Source: Eledone cirrhosa
Taxonomy: Eukaryota
Reading direction: 5' to 3'
NCBI GenBank assembly: GCA_964016885.1
Contig: OZ024742.1
Location: 81,840,001 to 81,904,000 of the forward strand
DNA length: 64,000 nt
The position numbers and the translations under genes are program-made. This document shows, piece by piece, positions 54,275 through 64,000 of this stretch (the first letter of the stretch is position 1; every line of letters begins with the position of its first letter). The notes under the pieces are model-generated. The model had not been told where the DNA came from, did not search any database, and saw only the letters and a program-made list of their open reading frames with translations.

Positions 54275-57200
54275 GTAACAAACTAGCCAATATACGAAGA
54301 AATATTGTAAGAAAAAAGTTACTAACTGATATAGAAATTGATCAGATCAAGCTATTAGCACAAAGTCAACGAAGGGAACATGAAACATGTGTCAGTGAAA
54401 ACGAGGTAAATTGTAACACTTCGAATCCCAGGGATGGGGCGGAATCAATGGCAACAGAACAAATTAAAGAAAGGATCGAAAAAGTGGAGGGAGTGCATGC
54501 TCAAGATGAAACTCAAAATGAAAATAAGGGGAAAAAAAAGATCGAATGGATGAAAATGAAAGAATCTGACATGGGTCAACGAGACACCCTCCGTAAGATC
54601 CAGAACTCCAAACAGAACCAAAAGATAATACACAAGACTAACATAATTGTCAAAAACATTATCATCACAAACAAACTAAACATTACTGATTTAAATCATC
54701 TCCATTATGCATCGGCTAAAGTCACCACTCACTTATGTGGATATGAAGATGAATATACAAAGGAATTCCCACAAGAAATCTACTTGGCAAGAGAACATCA
54801 AACGCCAAATAAACCCTCTCCGATCTGACATAGAAAGTTTAACAAACTATAAAATAGGTGAACATGTTAAACAAATTAAACTTAGAAAATTGAAAAAAAA
54901 GTACAGTATAAAATCAACAAGTGACATGGACAAGCTGATAGAAATAATCAAGCAAAAAGTGTCGGCCAAAGCTGCTCGTATAAGGCTCTTTGAAAAACGA
55001 TCTAGATTCTATAAGGATAATAATATGTTCAAAAACAACCAAAGAAACTTCTACAGAAAAGTTGGTAAGTCAACAATAACTGCTAAATCAATACCACCCA
55101 AGGAGGAAGTGCAAGAATTCTGGGAAAAGATCTGGGCCGAAGAAAAAGATCATAACATACATGCCCCATGGATAGACAGACAAATGAAAGATACAGCTCA
55201 CCTTGAAGAACAAATATGGGAAAATATAACAGTTGAACAGTTGCGCTTGGCTCTAAGAAAAACCAGCAAATGAAAATCCCCAGGAAAAGACAAAATACAA
55301 AACTTTTGGATAAATGCCTTCACAGAGTCTCATGAGCTGTTAGCCCAACTTTACAATGAAATAGTTAAGGAGCCAGAAAATATACGATCATGGCTAGTTA
55401 ACGGCATTACATTCCTGCTTCCGAAGAATGATGAGACAAACAATCCCAACAATTACAGACCGATAACTTGCTTGACCACAATGTATAACATTTTAACATC
55501 AGTCCTAACTGAATACACATATGACCACTGATAACAAATGACCTATTTCCCATTGAGCAGAAAGGGTGTAAACGAGGCTCATATGGCTGTAAGGATCAGC
55601 ATCTGGTTAACAAAATGATACTGGAAGATTGTCATAATAGACAGAAAAATCTATCGATTGCTTGGATAGATTATAAAAAAGCATTCGATAGTTTGCCACA
55701 CAGTTGGATTGAAAATTGTTTAGAGATTTTCAAAATATCCCCCGTTGTCAGGAGGTTTTTGTCATTCAGTATGAAGACATGGAAAACGACACTCCTTTTG
55801 AATAGTGAAACAAAATCACTGGAAGCTGGAGAAGTTAATATTAATTGTGGAATTTTTTAGGGTGACTCTTTATCACCGCTTTTATTCTACATCGCACTTA
55901 TACCATTAAGTAAAATGCTCAATGAAACAAAACATTGATATAAAGTCTATGACAAAACCATTAATCACTTGTTCTACATGGATGACCTGAAACTATTTGC
56001 AAAAAATGATGAACAATTGCAAGGGCTATTATCCACTGTGGAGCAGTTCAGTGATGACATTAAAATGGAGTTTGGACTAGATAAATGCGCAAAAGCAACG
56101 TTCACCAGAGGAAAGCTGCTAAAGAGTTCAAACATTAATCTTGATCGGGAGAATGTGATAAGAGAACTTGATCAAGGAAAAACTTACAAATATCTAGGTG
56201 TTTGTGAAGGAGACGGGATCAAGCACTCGACAATGAGGGAAAGGATAAGGAAGGAATGTTACCGCAGAGTAAGAGCAATCTTACGAGCGGAATTGAATGC
56301 AAGGAATAGGATCGATGCCATAAACACGCTTGCCATACCAGTAGTAACCTACAGTTACAATGTCATGAACTGGTCAAGCACAGAGATCCGTAGGCTCGAT
56401 ACAAAAATTCGAAAACTCTTAACCATGCACAGAATGCATCACCCTAAGGCAGATATAGATAGAATATATCTCCCTAGGAAAGAAGGAGGAAGTGGGTTAA
56501 TCCAGTTAGACATTGCGTTGAAAACTGCAACAATTGGATTATCTACATGGATGATCAAACTCGTTTTGAAACACGAAAGCATCAAAAGATCATATTCCAT
56601 TACAAAAGATGCACAACGATACAGTAATGGACGACACATTTCAGAAGTCCCATTTACTGCTGAAATGGAAAACACAGAAAAAGCAAAGCAGGTAAAAGTA
56701 ACTGCAAAGAAAGAACTGCTACAGAAACTAGCTAAGAAATGGCAAGAAAAGCCTCTGTATGGAAAATACCCAGAGCGAGCTAACAAACCTGATGTTGACA
56801 AAACCTTAATCCTCAGTGGTTGGCATCATCTGGACTGAAATCGGAGACTGAAGGACTGATCATATCAGCCCAAGATCAGTATCTGCCAACAAAAATTTAC
56901 CAAGCCAACATAATAAAAAATGAATGCAGCCCATTATGCCGTGTATGCAAAAAACAACCAGAGACCATTGACCATATAATTTCAATGTGCAGTCCTATAG
57001 CTCCAACCGAATACCTAAACAGGCATGACAGAGCTGCACAATACATACATTGGATAATGTGTAAGCATTTTGACCTGCCCCATCAAAAGAATTGGTGGGA
57101 GCATCAACCCCCTCCCATACATGAAAAAGATCACATCTCAATCTTGTGGAACTTTAGCATCCAAACAGACCGAAAAATAGATGCAAATAGACCTGATATA

Positions 57201-57646
57201 ATATTGAAGGACTTTAAAAAGAGGGTATGCCTGCTAATTGATATGTCTGTTCCAATAGACAAGAATGTATCTATAAAAACATTTGAAACATTGAGCAAGT
57301 ATAAGGACCTGGAGATAGAAATTGGAAAAATGTGGAAATTGAGAACTAAAACAATCCCAGTGGTTGTAGGCGCTCTGGGAATGATACCTAAGGGGTCTAA
57401 TGATTACTTATCGCAAATCCCAGGAAACCCGCGTATAGGAGAAATATAAAAGATAGTACTAATGGGAACTGCCCATATACTAAGGAAGATTCTGTCAATA
57501 TAAGTACATCACAAGTCTAAACACTAAAGATGCATGTGTGAGTATGTATGTTCTTTCTTGAACATGGCGGACCTTGTCGTTTCTTGAGGTCACTGGTTGT
57601 GACTTGGTGATAACTCATATGAACATAAAGCAAGATAAATGCAACT

Positions 57647-57648
<2 letters not shown>
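54274..57648 (+). mobile_element. R4/Dong-like element, family B copy 2, 5'-truncated
   Basis: Closely similar to 36317-39760 (rc). Several stops and frameshifts. TAA tracts on both sides. Confidence 0.95.
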
Positions 57649-57688
<40 letters not shown>

Positions 57689-57708
57689 TTAATAATAATA
57701 ATAATAAT

Positions 57709-59560
57709 ATGGTCTAGACATGGGATAGATAGACTACAAAAAGACATTATTATTATTATTATTTTTATTATTATTGGCGACCTACGTAGTAAATCGTATT
57801 ATCGTGAGCTCCGCAAATGTTTGTTATTTTCAGTTGTTTAAAGGTCTAGAGATCTTCAACGTGGCAGATAACATCAGTCAGTTGTTGAGCAAAAGTATGA
57901 AGTCCTGGAAGACAGAGTTAACATCAGCTGGAAAATCCTAATGAGGCGTGAAGATCAAGAGATTTATCTTCCACGGAGATAGTCTGCCCCATCTGTTGTT
58001 TGTCCTTGTCTTGATGCCCCTGGCCATTATACTGCGAAAAGTGAGAGCAGGATACAAGTTGGGAAAGGGAGATCTTACCATAAATCACCTCCTCTTCATG
58101 GACGATCTTAAGCTCTTCGGGAAGAGTGAGAAGGAGTTGGATGTGCTTGTTGACACTGTCCGTATTTTCAGCAATGATATATGTATGCAATTTGGTATTA
58201 GTAAGTGTGGAGTCCTTGTGATGCAGAGGGGGTAAATTGAGCAGAAGCAACGTAATCCAGGTACCAACAGGTGAGATGATAAAGGATATTGACACTGAAG
58301 AAGGATACAAGTATTGGGGTATTCTGGAGGCTGATGACATCATGAATAAAAGAATGAAGGAATTGATCAGATCTGAATACATTCGGAGAGTAAGGAGCGT
58401 ATTAAATTCACATCTGAAAAGTAGGAATGCCATAAGTGCAGTAAATTCCCGAGCTGTGTCTATTATTAGGCACATTGCGGGAATTCTGAGATGGAATTTT
58501 GCTGAACAAAAAGAAATGGATAGGAAGACTAGGAAGCTATTGACTATCTACAACATGTTCCAGAAGAGGAGTGGTGTCGATAGACTCTACTTAAGGAGAT
58601 CTGAAGGCGTAAGAGGTATTATAAGCATAGAGGACTGTGTTCTGATGGAGAAAAACAACCTACACAAATACATGACTGATAGTAAGGAGCCAATGCTCAG
58701 AATTGTACTGAAGGAGAGGACAATAGATCAGGGGATGTCCAAGGAGGAAATAACAACGAGGACAAAGGGCAACCTTCATGAAAAATCCCTTCATAGTATC
58801 TTCTTTGATAAAAGGGAATTCAGAGATCCACAGACATGGAACTGGTTGAGAAGAGGAGACCTTAAAAAGGCTACAGAAGAAATGCTAATGGCTGCGCAAG
58901 TGCAGGCCCTCAAAAAGATGTGGGTGAAACACCACATTTACAAGGAGGAGGCTAGCCCACTGTGCAGGATCTGTGGAGAGAGAGAGGAGACTGTGGCTCA
59001 CAGTGTATCCGATTGTAAACACCTAGCCCAGACTCACTATAAAGGCTGGATCCACTGGCACCTATGCAAAGTAAACAATTTACCACATTCTGAGAAGTTG
59101 TATGAGCATAAGCCAGAGTCGGTGATAGAAAACGATCAGGTGAAGGTGCTGTGGGATTTTAGGATACAGATGGACAAGAAACTGGATCACAATAGACATG
59201 ACCTGGTGGTTTTGGAGAAGGAAAAGAGTTCGTGCCTGATTGTGGATGTGCGCTGCCCATTCGACACGAGAGTGCGAAAGAAGGACAGGGAGAACATTAA
59301 CCGATACCAGGACTTGAAGTGGGAGGTAAAAAGGATTTGGAACTGCCATGAAGTCAAAGTGGTCCCGATTGTCATAGGCGCACTAGGTACTATCTCAAAA
59401 AGTTTCCAGGGATGGTTAAAGAAAATTGACCCCGCCACTCTTTTTGGAACGCTTAAAAAGGCATGCTTGCTGGTAACAGCAAGAACCCTCCGATACGTCC
59501 TGAATATCTGAGGCTGCATGTAGTGGGTTGATATTCATTTCAACAAACTTTCCAGTTAAC
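57709..59560 (+). mobile_element. R4/Dong-like element, family A copy 2, 5'-truncated in RT and interrupted at 57746-57843
   Basis: IDYKK at ~57730, then LEIFNVADN, GDSLPHLLF, FMDDLKLF and a 424-aa ORF with CRICGERE and RLE motifs. Same 3' end as 32830-32900 (rc). Confidence 0.92.
57774..57842 (+). mobile_element. ~68-bp Tx1 5'-end stub preceded by (TTA)n
   Basis: Near-exact reverse complement of 54174-54242. Confidence 0.85.
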
Positions 59561-59583
59561 TAATAATAATAATAATAATAATA

Positions 59584-62500
59584 ATGATGTACTACTCATC
59601 AAATACATCGAATACAGAGCAAACATATATCAACTGGAAAAAGAAACATCCCGAAAACAGAGGCTATATTGACAGTAACAAACTAGCCAATATACGAAGA
59701 AATATTGTAAGAAAAAAGTTACTAACTGATATAGAAATTGATCAGATCAAGCTAGTAGCACAAAGTCAGCGAAGGGAAAATGAAGCATGTGTCAGTGAAA
59801 ACGAGGTAAACTGTAACACTTCGAATCCCAGAGTTGTGGCGGAATCACTGGCAACAGGACAAATTAAAGAAAGGTGCGAAAAAGTGGAGGGAGTGCATGC
59901 TCAGGATAAAACTCCAAATGAAAATAATGAGATCGTAAATGATAAAGAAATGAATGAGAATGAACTTGCCAACTTGAAGGATGAAATTATGATCGAATGG
60001 ATGAAAATGAAAGAATCTGACATGGGGGAACGTGACACCCTCCCTAAGATCCAGAACTCCAAACAGAACCAAAAGATAATACACAAGACTAACATAATTC
60101 TCAAAAACATTATCACCACAAACAAACTAAACATTACTGACTTAAATCATCTCTATTATGCATCGGCTAAACTCACCACTCACTTATGTGGAATGAAGAT
60201 GAAAAAACAAAGGAATTCCCACAAGAAATCTACTTGGCAAGATAACATCAATCGCCAAATAAACCTTCTCCAATCTGACATAGAAATTTTAACAAACTAT
60301 AAAGTAGGTGAACATGTTAAACAAACTAAACTTAGAAAATTGAAAAAAAAGTACAGTATAAGATCAACATGTGACATAGACATGCTGATAGAAACAATCA
60401 AGCAAAAAGTGTCGGCCAAAGCTGCTCGTATAAGGCGCTTTGAAAAACGATCTAGATTCTATAAGGACAATAATATGTTCAAAAACAACCAAAGAAACTT
60501 CTACAGAAAAATTGGTAATTCAACAATAACTGCTAAATCAATACCACCCAAGGAGGAAGTGCAAGAATTCTGGGAAAAGATATGGGCCGAAGAAAAAGTT
60601 CATAACATACATGCCCCATGGATAGACAGACAAATGAAAGAAACAGCTCACCTTGAAGAACAAACATGGGAAAATATAACAGTTGAACAGCTGCGCTTGG
60701 CCCTAAGAAAAACCAGCAAATGGAAATCCCCAGGAAAAAACAAAATACAAAACTTTTGGATAAATCACAGAGTCTCATGAGCTGTTAGCCCAACTTTACA
60801 ATGAAATAGTTAAGGAGCCAGAAAAGATACCATCATGGCTAGTTAACGGCATTACATTCCTGCTACCGAAGAATGATGAGACAAACAATGCCCAAAATTA
60901 CAGACCGATAACCTGCTTGACCACAATGTATAAAATGTTAACATCAGTCCTAACTGAGTACACATATGACCACCTGATAACAAATGACCTATTTCCCATT
61001 GAGCAGAAAGGGTGTAAACGAGGCTCATATGGCTGTAAGGATCAGCTTCTGGTTAACAAAATGATACTGGAAGATTGTCATAATAGACACAAAAATCTAT
61101 CGATTGCTTGGATAGATTATAAAAAAGCATTTGATAGTTTGCCACACAGTTGGATTGAAAAATGTTTAGAGATTTTCAAAATATCCCCCGTTATCAGGAG
61201 GTTTTTGTCATTCAGTATGAGGACATGGAGAACGACACTCCTTTTGAATAGTGAAACAAAGTCACTGGAAGCTGGAGAAGTTAGCATTAATTGTGGAATT
61301 TTTCAGGGTGACTCTTTATCACCGCTTTTATTCTGCATCGCACTTATACCATTAAGTAAAATGCTCAATGAAACAAAACATGGATATAGAGTCTATGACA
61401 AAACCATTAATCACCTGTTCTACATGGATGACATGAAACTATTTGCAAAAAATGATGAACAATTGCAAGGGCTATTATCCACTGTGAAGCAGTTCAGTGA
61501 TGACATTAAAATGGAGTTTGGACTGGATAAATGCGCCAAAGCAACGTTCACCAGAGGAAAGCTGCTGAAGAGTTCAGACATTAATCTTGATCGGGGGAAC
61601 GTGATAAGAGAGCTTGATCAAGAACAAACTTACAAATATCTAGGTGTTTGTGAAGGAGACGGAATCAAGCACTCGACAATGAGGGAAAGGATAAGAAAGG
61701 AATGTTACCGCAGAGTAGGAGCAATCTTAAGAACGGAATTGAATGCAAGGAATAGGATCGATGCCATAAACACGCTTGCCATACCAGTAGTAACCTACAG
61801 TTACAATGTCATCAACTGGTCAAGCACAGAGATCCGTAGGCGCGATACAAAAATCAGAAAATTCTTAACCATGCACAGAATGCATCACCCTAAGGCAGAC
61901 ATAGATAGAATATTTCTCCCTAGGAAAGAAGGAGGACGTGGGTTAATCAAGTTAGACATTGCGTTGAAAACTGCAACAATTGGATTATCCACATATCTAA
62001 GGGAATCACATGATTGGATGATCAAACTCGTTTTGAAACACGAAAGCACCAAAAGATCATATTCCATTACAAATGATGCACAAAGATACAGTAATGGACT
62101 ACAAATTTCAGAAGTCCCATTTACTGCTGAAATGGAAAACACAGAAAAAGCAAAGCAGGTAAAAGTAACTGCAAAGAAAGAACTGCTACAGAAACTGGCT
62201 AAGAAATGGCAAGAAAAGCCTCTGTATGGAAAATACCCAGAGCGAGCTAACAATCCTGATGTTGACAAAACTTTAACCCATTAGTGGTTGGCATCCTCTG
62301 GACTGAAATCGGAGACTGAAGGACTGATTATATCCGCACAAGATCAGTGTCTGCCAACAAAAAATTGCCAAGCCAACATAATAAAAAATGGGTGCAGCCC
62401 ATTATGCCGTGTATGCAAAAAACAACCAGAGACCATTGACCATATAATTTCAATGTGCAGTCCTATAGCTCCAACCGAATACCTAAACAGGCATGACAGG

Positions 62501-63112
62501 GCTGCACAATACATACATTGGATAATGTGTAAGCATTTTGACCTGCCCCATCAAAAGAATTGGTGGGAGCATCAACCACCTCCCATACTTGTAAAAGATC
62601 ACATCTCAATCTTGTGGAACTTTAGCATCCAAACAGACCGAAAAATAGATGCAAATAGACCTGATATAATATTGAAGGACTTTCAAAGGAGGGTATGCCT
62701 GTTAATTGATATGTCTGTTCCAATAGACAAGACTGTATCTATAAAAACATTTGAAAAATTGAGCAAGTATAAGGACCTGGAGATAGAAATTGGAAAAATG
62801 TGGAAATTGAGAACTAAAACAATACCAGTGGTTGTAGGCGCTCTGGGAATGATACCTAAGGGGTCTAACGACTACTTATCGCAAATCCCAGGAAACCCGC
62901 GTATAGGAGAAATACAAAAGATAGTACTAATGGGAACTGCCCATATACTAAGGAAGATCCTGTCAATATAAGTACATCACAAGTCTAAACACTAAGGATG
63001 CATGTGTGAATATGTGTGTTCTTTCTTGAACATGGCGGACCTTGTTGTCTCTTGAGGTCACTGGTTGTGACTTGGTGATAACTCGTATAAACATAAAGCA
63101 AGATAAATGCAA
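59584..63112 (+). mobile_element. R4/Dong-like element, family B copy 3, 5'-truncated, least decayed
   Basis: ORFs 59584-60780, 60917-62284 and 62288-62971 are separated only by a 5-nt deletion (~60765) and a CAG>TAG stop (62282-62284). Ends in (TAA)n. Confidence 0.96.
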
Positions 63113-63154
63113 ATAATAATTATAATAATAATAATTATAATAATAATAATAATT

Positions 63155-63720
63155 ACAGTTTCAACGCTCAGCAAGCCACAATGCATCACTTTACGGCATA
63201 GGACCCCAATATTTAATATTTAATTTTGGATCAGAAATGTTATAGTCGAAAAAGAGGAAAATGGCAAAATGGCTACGTGGACAGACAGGCAAATAATTCC
63301 ACTACCAACACTACCACCACCACCATCACCACTACCACGCCAAAAACTCTAGTCAAGTTACCTCAAGTTCTATTTTATCTTCAACTTCAACACCATCACT
63401 ACAGTACTACGATCACATCACCACCACCACTCCCTCATTATCTCTAACGCCGCTATTCTCTCCCACTACCTACTGCTAAGTACTACTATCTCAGCCTCAC
63501 CACCACCACCACGACCACTGCCTCATTATCGCTACCGCCGCTATTCTCTCACACTACCTCCTGCTAAGACTTTCATCGTAGTGTCCCCACTAAAAGAAGA
63601 AGGCATCAACAGATATAAATAGACTGATTTGATGACGCGGTCAAAAAATCAAAAAAACAAAAATCAAAATCAAAGCAGCACAGCAACAACGAAAAACGTT
63701 AATAAAAAAAAATGAAAAGA
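63155..63720 (+). mobile_element. 5' stub of LINE family related to 40410-41265
   Basis: aaaATGGC start, ACC/ACT-rich tract, and similarity to 40545-40605 (rc). Confidence 0.4.
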
Positions 63721-63829
63721 AAAACAAACAGACAGACAGAGAAGGAAAAAAAAACTAAGCCAGACATTCAAACATTACACTACAATGAAAATTATGCTTA
63801 TTCTTTTTTTTTTTTTTACCTATTTGTTT

Positions 63830-64000
63830 GTTTATTTATGTTCGAGTACAGCGTGATAGTGCCACACTAAAATCACCGGGGGGTTATGAAATCACCGGTG
63901 GTTATGTAACCATATATTCACCAATCCTCGATAAGAGTGTTTAAATGTCGAACCTAAACAGTTCGAATAACGGTGAAGTGGCGACTGGAATGTCATGTGA
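63830..64000 (+). mobile_element. 5' end of another family A R4/Dong-like element (runs off window)
   Basis: Matches the reverse complement of 35907-36045 (tttatgttcg...cgtgat.gtgccac.ctaaaatcacc...gttatgtaacc...aaacagttcgaata). Confidence 0.85.

Overview
This is an AT-rich, microsatellite-laden animal genomic window. SINE fragments and the repeat style suggest a cephalopod such as Octopus (inference). I cannot support any intact host gene. The window has two zones. (1) 1-27 kb is a (TA)n-rich zone with about eight unrelated, mostly non-coding repeat families built as tandem units, often with an inverted 5' arm. Most carry a type I hammerhead ribozyme (HHR) motif with a family-specific palindromic stem III. 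This is the Penelope-like element (PLE) pseudo-LTR / retrozyme architecture, and PLE RT and GIY-YIG remnants lie nearby. The zone also holds a near-intact 2.5-kb Buster/Charlie-type hAT transposon with perfect TIRs and TSD and one frameshift, old RTE and CR1-like LINE remnants, and a tRNA-like tandem repeat. (2) 27-64 kb is an almost continuous pile-up of decayed microsatellite-associated LINEs: three L1/Tx1-like two-ORF elements and five-plus R4/Dong-like RLE elements from two families. They are joined by (TAA)n/(TTA)n tracts and show a consistent strand polarity. All HHR calls are by-eye motif and base-pairing matches, and most individual copies carry mutations.
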